From assembly GCA_973895155.1 (NCBI GenBank), contig OZ316896.1:21905722-21969721 (forward strand): a stretch of 64,000 nt of DNA, in the 5' to 3' direction. How positions within the stretch are numbered: position 1 is the first letter of the stretch; each line of letters opens with the position of its first letter. Below, piece by piece: positions 39,191 through 52,493 of the stretch. The notes below the pieces were generated by a model. It was not told where the DNA came from. It worked only from the letters and a program-made list of their open reading frames with translations, and searched no databases. Made by a program: the position numbers and the translations under genes. Source of the DNA: Marsupella aquatica. Taxonomy: Eukaryota; Plantae; Marchantiophyta.

Positions 39191-41694
39191 ACTAACTATT
39201 AATAGTAAGCTTGAAACAATTGACATTCAACATCTGGCAGGTTTCAGCAGTGGATGGTTGTCCTCACCCTAACCATTGACATGGGGTTGGGTCTCTTACT
39301 TTGATCCCATAGTCCCACACAGTGGCAAAGTAAAAATTTGACCAAAATGTGGCAATGCAATAAATCACATTTCTGCTACATCACTAATACTTTTCATTCC
39401 TTTGTTTAGGACACCCTCTCTGGGTATTTTTCCCACTTGGTGGCAACTCAAACCGTCTGTGATGCAAGATTCACATGTTTCTTTGTGAACTATTGACATC
39501 CAATGTGAACAAATATCAGTACCAGCACATGTAGTGTCATATCAAACACAGTGCAACTTACAGAAAATGTGGTGAACCTTTGATTCTCCAGTCATGTTGG
39601 TGAAACAAAGAACGGCCAGGAATACATGTTTACTAGGAACAATAGGGGGTTTCAAATATGCACCCAAGTTCTTCTTCCATGGATAAGGGCCAGAGTCCGT
39701 AATCTGACCTGCTTATGACTTCAAGATGTTTTGAATAATTGTTTTTCAGTCGCTCAACAGCCAGGCTGCGGTGGGGGGAAGTGGCCCTCCGGAATCGGAG
39801 AAATCCTCCAACATGAGTCTGTGGGCTAGTCTCAGGGAGCCCGCACATTTTTCAGCCGTGTCCCTGCCAAACCTAGGCCCAGACTGCCTTTAGACTCCAT
39901 GCAAGCTATATTTGAGACCCCTAATGCTCTGTTCTCTCTGCTGGGCATTGTTTGTGCTCCTTTTGATGCATGTGTCCATGACCATATGGAGTCTGTCTTC
40001 ATGGCACACGTGGCTGAGGGAGTAAGACCTACAGCAGGAATGCTGGAGAGTATTCAACAAGAGTGATTTAACATTAGACATCCAAGCAAGTCCAAATGTG
40101 AGCAGAAAAACTAGGGCAATTGATGACACCAACAACACACTTGCATAGCATGACGGCCTCCACTAGTATAAGGACAACAGGTTCAGGCACTACGTGCATA
40201 CAAGGAAAAACACTCTCCTGTTCATCACTCTTCTAACCAGTCATTTGTAAAAATTCTTTATCCGGGTGCATTTTCTTTAAACCTTCTCAGGCAAATAGAA
40301 TTTCTAAGTTTGCGTGTGATCTATGCAAACGTTGTAACTAGGATGACATATGAAGAGTAAGAGACCTGGCCTTCGGTACAAAGCGCATTATGGGATATCA
40401 CCTGAGTTCAAAAGTTTGGATAGTGATCCCATCCTAGGTAATGACTGCAATAACATTACAGAGTGAATAGGATTGGCTTGGACAGATGGGCAGAATATAC
40501 ATGCATGCTTGTAGTAAGTGGCAAACATTAGCTGAATTCCACCTCATTGAGAAATTTGGCTAAAATTATCCCAGCTTTTTGTCTTGGACTAGCCTGACTA
40601 CATGTTCTTTGAACATAAAACTGATGAGGACAAGAGACAATCTTGCACAAAAGGATTCTCTACTATTCAAGTTTATCAATGACTTGCCCCCACTCCCTTC
40701 TTTCTGCCTGCACCCCCACTTTCAATTATGCCCAAATGAGCCTACCCCTTCTTTGAACTAAAATAAAGTTGAGGAAATAGACCATTCCATACTATTCAGG
40801 TTCACCTCACTTGTGTCCCAAGTCATGTCTAGAGTCATCACTTTAGACACCACTTTCACTTATGTCCCCATACCACTTTTGTCCCAAGTCATGTCTAAAG
40901 TCTTCACTTTAGACACCACTTTTAGTTATGTCCCCATAGTTAAGCGGTGGCTTCACTCTACACAATAGGCCCTCTAAGTAGCTTTAGATTGGGATGATAG
41001 TGATAAGCTGCATTACCAGTTCTTTTGAACATAATCATAGGTGAGTACAAAAAGACGTTGCAATAAAAGATTCCTTGACATTCACTTTGGCCCCATTCAG
41101 TGCACCCCCACCCCCCACTTTCAGTTATGTTCCCATAGTGAAGGTCTAGGCTTCACTCTAGACACTAGGCCCAGGAAATAGATCTTGATTGGGATTATAG
41201 TTAGATGGATTAGTTTCCGTCTAACTACAGACCGGTAAGCCAGGATCTGCCCATTAGCCTTAAACATTAGGAGATCTAATGGTCAGAATCTAATCTAGGA
41301 AAATTAATTGCAAATATTCTGAGCATCTTCACCTTCACACAAGGTGGAGTTAGTCATTTTGGCAAAAACTCACCAGGCTTTTTGGCTTTGATTAACCAGC
41401 GGTTAATGTAAGACTCTAAGCATCAGCAATTAATCTAGGGAAATTAGATAAAAACATAACATAGAGTTTGACGGTTAATGTTAGACCTAACCACCAAAAT
41501 TTAATATAGGAAAATTAAACAAAAAATACTATTAACATATTCTCCTCCACACAAGGGTGACATTCTCCCACCTTTGGCCAAAGAAATAAAACCATTAAAA
41601 ATTAGCGTGCATGGGAGTGAGAGACTGTCAGAAGTTTCCGTTCTTGAGCCGAAGGCGTTTTACCAGACCTCTGGAGTCTAGAGGAATTGCATGG

Positions 41695-41940
41695 GGACTT
41701 GGGCAGGGCAGGGCAGGGCAGGGCAGTTCAGGTCAGGGCAGAAAACGAACCGGGCAGAAAGCGTCAAATTGTGCAGAAGAGGGGGTAGAGGAATCGCATG
41801 GCACTTGGGCAGGGCAGCAAACGAAATGGGCAGCAGTGAAAAACAGTGTCAAACTGCGCAGAGAGGCGGGCAGGAGCCGGGGCACTCGGGCAGACAGAGG
41901 GGCGAAGCGGGCAGAGAATTGGGCAGAGCGGGCAGGCACG
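41695..41940 (+). promoter_or_regulatory. GGGCA-rich segment upstream of the serine-rich gene
   Basis: Five tandem GGGCA units at 41701-41725 plus about ten scattered GGGCAG copies, followed by a CT-rich leader from about 41990. Confidence 0.45.
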
Positions 41941-43270
41941 GGTGGGGCCCACCGTTTTTCTCGTCGTTTGTCCTCCGCTGCCCCTCTCCCTCAAATACTG
42001 CCCTCAGCTTTCCCTCATTCGCCCAACATTCAGCGACATTCGTTCCGTTTTCCTCCGATACTATTTCTCATTCAAAGTCTCTCCCTCTTCGTGTCCACCA
42101 TCTCCTCAATCGATCGAGCGACTTGACTGACTTGACTGACGGCAGCAGATTCCATCCTCTAGACTTGCGCATCTGATTCTTCTGATCCATTCATCAGCGC
42201 CTCCACTTCAGTTTCTACCGACATCAATCATTGTTTCGCTCTTCTGCGCTTTACTACGAATTCAGAAATTCCAAGAAGCGTTTTCTGTGCTCTATACGCG
42301 ATTCGGCGGCATTTCATCGAGGAGATCTTTGTGCTTCGGCGAGATTTGTGCTGGGTTAGATGATCGTGGAGCCGTGGTGATCGATTCCAACCTGGGCAAG
42401 TGATTTCGGTACGTTGCTCCATCCTATATGGCCTTTAAACGGTAGTTTGTGTAGATCGTCGTCCAAGTCCGTCCAAGTCGTGTAGAATGAATTCGTTCGG
42501 TCCGGGATTTGATTTTCGGGCGCTTGGGAGGATTGACACCATGTTCCGTTTTCGAACTCTCGAGAGTCATATCCGCTCTGCCGCTAGGTTTTCATGCTTT
42601 GGTTGCGGTCTTCCCTGACCTCTTTTGGTGGCGGTTGGATTCGCCAGTTTAGTTTCGTAGGTGAAATCATTTTCCGTGCACACAGACATGTTGATCCGCG
42701 TCGTGGAGTCATCCTTCCCCGTCAATTGAAAATTATTAGTCCCTTGTCCTTCCTTCGTGCCCGTCTCAAGGACATGGTACAGTAGGTGATGCCCTGGCTG
42801 TACTGAAATCCTATTCATCATAGGGGTCCGTGTTTTAATGTCATGACTATATCTTCATCACCTGTGTTTCCGGAGCCCGGATTGTGGTACGCTTGCTGAG
42901 ATTTCATGACGCCCTTGAATCTGCCTTCGGATTCCCCTGTTCCCTGTCCGCCTGCTGGATGTTCTATGTGCGTGGGGGGTATGGTTCTCGTGTTCAAATA
43001 AGCTATGTTTTTAATAGAAGGAGCTCGCCAATGGTCTCGTATTATTTGACGGTCAAGGAGGCAAGCTTGCGTTCGTAATCTCGTGTATCTCATGGTAGTG
43101 CCTTCGAAAGCGCACGACCTAAACGGTTTACATCTAATGGTAGTGCCCTTGATCTGGGATTGGTGATGGATTGCAAACGAGTGCTCTAGGAGGGAGTGGA
43201 ACGCGTATCTTGATAGCTGGAAGCTGATGGTGTTTACATTGTGATCTGTTCAGAATTCAAGTCGGGCATA

Positions 43271-44254
43271 ATGCATGCTTCGAATCTTCTCAAGGCGGTC
43301 CTAAAGCCGCGGTCGGTCTCGGGAAGCTCATCGGGACAGACGCTGAGCGCGAAGGATTCCAAGTCGCGGAAGAATAGAACATCTGCCCAAGACTCTGGAC
43401 TCTCGTTGAGCGTTACCAAGAACAGTGGTCTGAGCCCGATCCCGAAGCCTGCTGTGAAAATGACTTGCCTTTGCGCTCCAACGAATCACGCAGGCTCCTT
43501 CCGTTGCCGACTTCATCGTGGGAACCAGCAGTCTTGGGAAGGGAGGCAGCAGGTCCCGGCAGGGACCGTCACATCTTCGAAGTCCGCCGCTGATACATCA
43601 CCTGCGAAACCCGCCGCCTCCGTCGAAAGCAGCAGCAAGGAAGAGAGCTCCAGACGTGTCGTCCAACATCAGCTGCCTGCCTCTCGGCCACCCCTGGTGT
43701 CCTACGCTCCTGCTCATCGACTCTCTGAAATGCCCCGCCCAAGCAGGCTCAGCCGGGTCTCTGCTGCAAGCGATGTCGAAGCTCCGGTTGCGCAAGCCTC
43801 TGGCCCACCTGTGTCTCCAGTACCGAAAACGTAAGTTCACTGCCTGAGTTACTCTGAAGATAGTGGAAGTCTGTTTGTCACGTATGCGATGACTTATTGC
43901 ATGCGGTGAGTGTAGCTAGTTTTCTGACAGTGTTACTCGAGATATCTGTAGACGTTTTTGCACGAGTCTGAGTATTTTACCTCTTTCTATCGAAGGACCA
44001 CTATGTGGTGTACGCAAGTCTCTCCTGGCGGGTTTGTCTGACATCTCAATGTTTTCACTTTGTTGTGCAGTGGAAATGCGACGGTGAGATACTTGAAGTT
44101 CAATCCTGGCGCAGCAGCGAGCTGTGGGGCCAATGGTTCGGTCATCGACGGAGGTATGAGCTTCGTGAAGAAGCTGCAGACGGGTGGGAAGGACGTCATG
44201 CACGAAGTGTTTGGCTCCGGTACAACCATGAGCAGGGCTGCCCTATCGTTATAA
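43271..44254 (+). CDS. plant serine-rich-related protein (CLCAPTxHxGSFRCRLHR motif); exons 43271-43830 and 44071-44254
   Basis: Motif TCLCAPTNHAGSFRCRLHR and later RPSRLSRV. A phase-2 GTAAGT...GTGCAG intron (43831-44070) joins in frame to the 44060-44254 ORF. Probable 5'UTR intron at about 42409-43253. Confidence 0.8.
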
Positions 44255-44875
44255 CATCTACTGTTATGGGGTTTGGGGGAAACGTAACGTATATGATGTG
44301 TTTATAAAGATCGGGAAGTTTTTCCTCAGACCGGAGTTTGTACAGTTGCTGATGTAGAGTTAATTGAGTTACGATATTTGAGAAGCCCTCGTTCTAGGGC
44401 GTGTACAGCGAAGAGGCTCATTAGCTAGGGTGAAGTAGTTTCGGGAGTATGTGAAAGCTCTCGTTCGGGAGCGTTGTCGAGACTACATATTATTTGTAGA
44501 GGGTAGTTAGTCTGCACCGAGGAGTGGATATTGCTCTGGAAAGCTGGCGCAGTGTCTTTATACTCACATTAGACAGTTCTTGTGGCCAGCCAGTAGAGTG
44601 GCGTCCGATCGGATGGTTCGCTTTTACTGGAAATGCCGTCTTCTCTCGAGAGGGAGAGGCCACAAGCCGGATCTGTCGAAGCAAAACGTTTTTGGGCTCT
44701 TTTGTTTAGTGCCACTCACACCGATGTATTTGTCAGTCCTTGCGTTGGCAGGATTTGGTACGGTGTCGTGGTTGTAAGTCCATTCATTGACAAACACAAT
44801 TTTTTTCCCAGTAGGCACAAACATGACCACCTTCAGATGTATCGAAGCAAGATTTTCCTTCGGAAATCGATATAA

Positions 44876-45001
44876 CGTCTCATTGATTCATTCTTGCACA
44901 TACTTGAGTTTCTTACTGGGTATATTGTTTCCATGGCACGTCTCATTGATTCATTCTTGCACATACTTGAGTTTCTTATTGGGTATCTTGTTTCCATGGC
45001 A
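44876..45001. repeat. 63-bp tandem duplication
   Basis: CGTCTCATTGATTCATTCTTGCACATACTTGAG... at 44876 and 44939. Confidence 0.9.
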
Positions 45002-48000
45002 TGGATGTGTCGGGATTGTTTTTGGTTCTTTCTACCACTAGTTCATTTGTCCACTGGGAAGCTGTACTGTGCTGTGTACAGTGGGATGCTTCCGGAATGG
45101 TTGGTTTGGGACATGCCTTTTCTTTCATGGCGATAGTTCGTCAGCTGGGCGAGCTTGTCACGGGCGTCTGGTTGGCTAGATTTGACATCAAACGGATGTT
45201 GTATGTGTTCGTTTTAAATGTATTGCATATCTAACTCACCACGGTTTTTGTCCAGGAATCGGTGACTTGTGTACCCTTGACGATAGGTGAGTACCAGATT
45301 AGGAAGTTGCATTAGCCACCATCCCAAGAGCAGTTCACGTGTGATTCACGCAATACGTGATGATAGATTTTGAAAATTTCTTCATCATTCAAGAATCATA
45401 GTACCGAAGTCATGGGCAGAGTTTTCGACCGTGTCCTGGTTGTGAAAACCGTTCAGTTCGAAGGCTTAACTGTCATAAATATCTGCGGAGTTTTTTCCCC
45501 AGGGCAACTGGCGTTGTGATTTCTCCCATACCCTGTTGTAATCATTCTACAAGGGTGAAGACTCTTGAGCACTAGAACTTTGGGATTTAGTATGGGTGAA
45601 TAACATGACATAAGAGTGAAAAGGTTGTTCAGCACTAAAATTTCGGATCTAATTTGACATGAGAGTGGAAAGATTGTTCAGCACTAGAATTTCTGATCTA
45701 ATACGACATTTTGAATAACCCCCTGGTTCCCTCTTATCCTGTTTACGGTTCTGGGGAAGTCACCTGGGAAATAACGTCTTAACTTGCCGAGCGGAAATCT
45801 ATGTTGCCTTGAAGACGGCTCTCATCAAGCTTGTCACTACACAGAACTCCTCACAACTGGACGTCTTTGTCATGAACGAAAATACCAGGTGGGCGTTTGG
45901 ACGCAAACCAGAAAAGGCCGTCCTTTCTTCCGAGTAGGTGGTCTGCTTGCCCGGGGATTTATCGTGCCATCGGTAATCGTACCGAAGAGCTTTCTCTCTC
46001 GTTCATCAATGTCACCGTTCATTGTTGACTAGGCTCTTGTTGCCAGCTTTTAGGGTCTGGCTGAGTCCGCCTAGTTTGGGCACAAAGCCAACTATGGCTC
46101 TTTGTAGGGACTTTCCTTTCTAGTGTATGTATCTTCTCTTGAAACGTGTATAATGCCTTGTCATCACGTCCTTCATTGAGCGTCTGGTTCTTGAACGTCA
46201 ACTACTGTAGATGACAAACAGAAAAGTATAGCTAAGCTTCCACTAAGAGAAGTATGTTGTACCCTTCGTTGAAATTTACATTGTTAATTAGATGCTGAGA
46301 CTGGTATCTACTAGTGCAACGTGCCTTGTCCTCAAAAACCTTCGAGATGAGCTACGGATACTCTCATTCAACTACTTCTGCGGCAACATGACAGCTTCTG
46401 AGAGTAAGGTAGAGTAACAACTGACACAGCTCTGATATTATTGAGACAAAGTACTCATTACGAATTACGATTGTTTCTTTGCAGGGAGAATTTACTTCAA
46501 AATACTTCTGTACCAGGTTCAAGTGGAGACGGGTGCGGAATTGGGTTGCAACATCCTTGTTATCTCCATACCAACAAGAGGAGGACAAGCTTCAAGCTGG
46601 ATGTGTGTACTGATTTTGAATATATCAAAAAGCAATCCACCGATTACAGAATCCAGCTACGATTTCGGAAGAAGATCGTAACGTGGGTCTTGCATAGGAG
46701 TATCACTTGTATCCAGAGCCCCACCATATGTAAGTTCACTGGATCGAACTGGACACGCCACAGCGGAACAAGCGTGGCCTGCATAAACACTAGACATCTT
46801 ACATTCCCGGTAGTTGATTGTACTTCATGTCATCTGGTAGAAAAGCTTCATCAACATTTCTAAGTTGATTTCTGCAAATTCTGATTATGAGCTCCAATCA
46901 ACAAATTTATCAGTCATCCTTGGTTGAAGTTGAAACCTTTGAAAATTGCAAGAGTCCCGCATTGACCTTGCATCAGGTTTCTCCTAACCTTTCAAAAATT
47001 GCAGTTCAGGAGTTCCAAAGTCCCGACCCACTGTCCCGCTCGCCTTTTTAGATGGATGAACCTGACAGGATCCGTTTCAATCGTGATGTACCTTTTACTC
47101 ACCTTCACAGATGTTTAGAAATGTAGGATATGTTTCGGTGAGAGTTGATGAGACTTCATATTTTCAGGACTTTAAGAGTGCACTGGTGTATGTTTCATTG
47201 AGAGTTGATAGACTGAGAGTTGATAGATCCCTACTGGTAATCACACATCAAAATGTGGCTACATTCATTGATTGAAAGAAAAAAACTAGGATTATCACTG
47301 TATGCAGGGGTGCCGTTCATAGTATGCCGTTGATAGATGGAGTGACGTAACCTGCACTGTGTACCGTTTCTGACACAGAACAATCCTTCAATTGCCTTGA
47401 ATGCTTTGTACGTACAGATTTTTAACTTCAATTAGTATAGTTGTCATTCAAATTGATTCAATTCGCGAACAGATAGACCTGGATTTTGATCAACACGTAA
47501 CACCTTCCTGCCAATAATGAAAGCGTCTCGGATTCTGCAATTAAATTTGTCAATTCGAGCTCTTCTGTCGAGAGCAGTACTCATGCAACCATTGCGAAAA
47601 ACATTACATGGGACTCGCATTGCCCATTCAATTGAGACATTTCTGCAATGTTACCACTCAGACGCTCGATTTGGACAATTACAAATCAATTTCAGCTCCA
47701 ATTTCAGAGACTAATGGGTTCTCGGGATATATCGTCGGGTAAAAATCCTACCCATGGCAAAGTTTGATTAGATGTTTCTCCGTAATTATAAACAAGTTGT
47801 CCGATGCTTCAGTTTGATTTATGGGCTTTCGTCCTCATCAAGTTCCTTATCAAACCTCCGAAGTATCGGCTTCGTATAAGCGAGGTCTCGAGTCCGTTAG
47901 GTGACAAAACTGAATCTCCACAACGCTTCAATGTTAGTCAAGAACTTGTGGCTCGGTGGACCACAAAAAGTGGTGTGCCGAACACACACACCCACCACCG

Positions 48001-48344
48001 TGTCACATTGCGTTCGGTTGCATGCAATGCTGCCAATGAGGGCGACATTGCAAACCGGTACCGACAGCAGCCGAAAAGTCTACCCAAAGTCTTGCAGCTC
48101 GAGACCTCGAGTAGCTTCTGGAGGAGAGGACGAGCTACAGTACGACGAGAGAGAATGATAGCGGAAAGCCAGAAAGGAAAGGCATCATCATTATTCTGTT
48201 GTGTCTACGAATAAATGGTCGCTTGACGGTCATTCATCCGGCCAGCTGAAGCCACGGCTCGATTGACACGAACCAGGTCCACCACGTGACAATCCGTCGC
48301 AGATCTAAATCTGCAAATCTAAATCCCTTGATGACGACCAAACT

Positions 48345-48540
48345 CAGCTACGTAAAGCATAACACCGACGAAAGCGACAACCAAACGCCATAGCCAAGCC
48401 ACGTAAAGCTCCACAAGGCCGGCAAAAGAGACGACCGAACGCCATAGCCAAGCCACGTAGAGCACATTCAACTTCCCCCCCCCCCATTTTGACGACGGCC
48501 AAACTCCATAGCCAAGCCACGTAGAGCACAGCACCGACGA
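48345..48540. repeat. short repeat array CCATAGCCAAGCCACGTA(A/G)AGC with variable spacers
   Basis: Three near-perfect copies (GCCACGTA cores at 48398, 48452, 48516) plus one degenerate copy at about 48347. Confidence 0.75.
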
Positions 48541-51500
48541 CAGCCTGCTCTATATTGTTTTATTCACTCGGACGATTCGTGAAAACTCATATATGGTATT
48601 CCTGTTGGTCCCACTCTTACATTTAATTAAGGGACCTCAAATGTTGCTCAGGGGGCTTCACAAGAACTCATGGGAGCAATTGTTTTGTGAACACGCCACA
48701 TTTTTTTGTGAACACGCCACATTGTTTTGTGAACAGGCCACCGAGCCACAAGTTCTTACATTTAAGGGACCTCAAATGTTGTTAAGGGGGCTTTACAAGA
48801 ACTCACGGGAGCAATTTTTTTGAGAACAGGCCACATTTCACTTTACACTAGTCCGGGGCACTATCAAAACAAAAACACTGGAGATCTTGTAGGTATCCTA
48901 TGGTCCCGGGACTATCAAAACAAAAACACTGGAGATCTTGTAGGTATCCTATGGTCATCTGCTAGTGGGCCACTTGTAGTGCTGTGTGTGCATGTTTTTT
49001 TTGTGATAAATTTAGACCTCCTCTTGAGGTGGGCTACAAAATTGACCAAGTTGCCATTTCTAGCTAGGGTCTTTGCATTTTTTGATGTGTGAGATGCAAT
49101 CTTAGCCATTCAAATGTGGGAAAAGGCCACATTCCATTACATAACCTGGGACACAATCAAACAAAACCATTAGAGATACTAGTCATCTGCTAATGGCCCC
49201 CTTTTTTTGCTACGGGTGCATGTGTTTTTCTTCCTAAAACTTAGATCTCCTCTTGAGGTGGTCTAAAAATGGACCAAATGGTCATTTCTATTCAGGGATT
49301 TGCATTATTGCCTCCCAACATGACGCATTCGGCTAAGGCGTTTTGATTTTACTGTCAAAACAAAGTCTAAGTTTTTCAACTAGCAAATTTAGGGTTTAGG
49401 GATGTAGAGTTTCTTTGCTTGCTGTCATCTACTTTGGATGTAGAGTTTTTGGGTCTGTTGATTAAAGATCTATCAAAGGTCTGGATCACTATACACCAAT
49501 TGCAATGCAAGTCGTCATGAGGCATGGAGTCCTTAAATCAACGCTTTCATTTTGGGTGTCCATCAAATATATCTCTTAGCTAAAACCAACCACCCCACCT
49601 CTATTATGGAGTTAACCAACTACCCACCCTATTATTGGGTTTTGGGGCAATGTTTCCAATTGCATTCTAGACTTTTTCCTGCCCACTTTTTTCGGCCGGC
49701 AGGAAAAGAGCACTAATATCTCGTCATCATGATCTGACGGCTTAGAGTCCGTAGTACAGCTCCAATCTAATGGGCAGCTGCTGTAAGCGGGCCCGGCACC
49801 GAGCCTGCCACCGAGCCTGCCATAATATATTTTTGTGCACATGCACAGGATGTGGGTGCCCACGGATAGCCTGCCGCTACTGGCTGCCATGCATGCATCG
49901 TGCATGCATGGCTCGGTGTGATTTAAAGGAAAGATCCAAAAGGAATCTTTCCAATGGTCGGGCAAGATCGAAATTCAAAAGTCTCTTGCTCTTCTTCTCC
50001 TTGCGACACCTGGGGGCACCCACCTCCTTGCACGTGGGCATGCCAAAAAATAGAAAACTTGTTTTGCTATTCTTTTACACTCAATTTTGTCTTTCTTCCC
50101 TCCTAGCTTGTTTAGTTGTTTAGTTTTTCTTTGTATTTGTCTGGATGGTTATGAGCCATAATCCCCTTGCCAGCCTCGTGGGAGGGGGGGATTTAGGCCC
50201 CTAAATAGCCACTGGGTTGTCCAACTTCTAGGTTATAGATAGAGCAAAATTACCCTCATTAGCCCATGGCCACTTGGAGGCCATGCCTGTAGCCCCAAGG
50301 GGATTACATCCCATAAGCTCCTTGGGGGCCATGGGTTACCCTACACATCATCATGCATGTACATCTCAACCCGGGTTCCATCTTAAATTTTAAGGTTTTT
50401 TCCTTTTTACCCCTTTGGATAAAATCACCTTGTGTGAAAAGAGTAAGTGCTAGGAACACTCTTGATCTAATCTTGCTAAAATAATTTCCTTAGGTTTTAG
50501 AACAACTGTTAGATTCTGGCTAATGGAAGACACAAAACCTAGTGAATTTTGGCCCAAAATGACACAGACTTTTCAGAGATGTGGAATATAGCGAGGCCCA
50601 GGTTCCTGTGTCAAGCACTCACTGAAATAACTATGAGCTAAAACTATTGCATTTCGGGCCCCCTCATTTCACCCACTTAATGGTTGGAGGAGTTTAGTTT
50701 GGATGAATTACGAGTCTTGAAGTCTCCCCGGACCAATTATGTGCCATCTTGGGGTAGTCTAGTTTAAATAAGCTAACCCACATTCCAAAATGGGAGGGGG
50801 GTGTGCCGGCGGGCGGCACAGAACTTGATAATTCAATCAATTTTTGGGTCAGGTTATTAATTTTGACTACTTAAGGGGACAAGAAAGTCTGAAATGGAAT
50901 TAAAAATCAGTTTTCATTTGAACTGGAACGTGGGTTTTTGGAGCCTGGAACCTGAAGTCCACCAAGGTCTTTTATAAGGGATTCACAAAAAGGGTGAGTG
51001 CAGCCTGTCTCCTGTCCTCAGGCTTCAAAAACACATAATTGTGTAAACAAATGTTGTGAAGTTTTCTAGGTTTTCTCCCACAAATCTTGTTTTTGACACA
51101 ACGCGTGGCTGGGGAGATAGCTTTCCTCTAATCCTCATGTGGTTGTGGCTAGACCTTATATTTTTACAGAGAAATAAATGAGAATATATACTAGGCCAAC
51201 TTCATTAAAATCATGCCTTGGGGTCTACCCTTGGTGGTTCAGTTTATTGGTTGAATGCACCTGTTCATTTCCCTTCGTGGAGGATCCAAGTCCCCATAAT
51301 TAGACAATTTTGTTCTTAAGAAAGTAAAAAAGTAAGAAGATGTGACAATTCTCTTCTCGCACAACTTTTGGGCCAGTAGCAAATTTAAGAACCTGCAGGT
51401 TCGGTCTTAAATCTCAGCTGTGAATTTTCAAGTTTTGAGCTTGAAAACAAAATAAATTTACAGGTGAGAATTTTTAGAGGAAACCCTGTTAACAGGTTCA

Positions 51501-52493
51501 TTCACAAATATTTCAAAAGACTCGTTTGCCACTGCATGTGCAAACAAGTAAGTTGTTCATATGCATTATTATGCTACTTAGCACATTCTTTGCACATTCT
51601 TCTCAAAATGAACTGTTCATAATCAGAAAGCAACCGACTGCAGTCCTTTGGAGCAAGAATGGTTATGGATAGTCCCCTCCAAACTCATATCTCCGATTTA
51701 GTGTGCAGACAGTATTTGGTTCATTTAATAAGTGGGCCCTCCATGTTCTCAGTAGAAGTCTCCTTAAGCAGCCATTATCCATGAAGCTGCCAGAGAACTA
51801 GATACAAGTCACTTTTTGCTCACTTTTTGCTCACTTTTTGACAAATTATGGTAACCTGGATCCACCAAGGTTTGCTTCAGGGAGAGGCCAACCATGTTAT
51901 TGTACTCAAAACGAATGATATAGCAAAGCTTGGGAGATTAGAGGCAAATTTCGACCATGTTATCAATCAAGACGAATGATACAGCAAAAGATTGCAAGTT
52001 TAAAAGCAAATTTATGACGGTCCCAATCAAAGTCAGTATGGACGATTGTCATCCTCTGTCGCTCTTTGAGAAGAAAACAGTCTCAATGTAAAACAGATCA
52101 GGCTGAATATCTTCCATCAGTGAGTAGTACACCAGATCGATGCAATTCAGCATTTCTTTCATAATTGAAGGTGTCTCTGCTCAAGTGTCTCGAAGTTCTC
52201 CTCAGGCAGATAATTCATTCACTAATTTTGGAGGGTGTTCCTCACGTGGTGTGTTTTGTCCTTTGAAGGAACTGAATGACAACAAAAGTAGACGTGAGGA
52301 AGAACAGATTCAACTCTCCTGATAAATTCCTGCGCTTGATCTGAGATATTCCTCACTTTATCTCTCCTGAGGAAGTATTCTAACGTCGAATGTCTATGGA
52401 GTGCCATTCTCTGCAAGAAACCTATCAATGAGCAGAGTTGCCAGAACTGTGGACGGCATGACCAACACATTTCCACAAAAGTTTTGTAGGGTC

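Noticed and set aside
39500-40140. Minus-strand fragment with a hydrophobic N-terminus (LLVSSIALVFLLTFGLAW)
   Set aside because: Multiple stops and no identifiable family, so a gene call cannot be supported.
41611-42176. 161-171 aa ORFs over the GGGCA-rich region
   Set aside because: Open frames are explained by GC-rich low-complexity sequence and have no protein-like composition.
48345-48540. CRISPR-like repeat-spacer appearance
   Set aside because: Only 3-4 non-palindromic repeats with uneven, partly related spacers, no cas genes and a eukaryotic context.
51228-51296. Degenerate A-box and B-box-like motifs (TGGTTCAGTTTATTGG, GGATCCAAGTCCCC)
   Set aside because: No cloverleaf, tail or TSD, so too degraded to call a tRNA or SINE.
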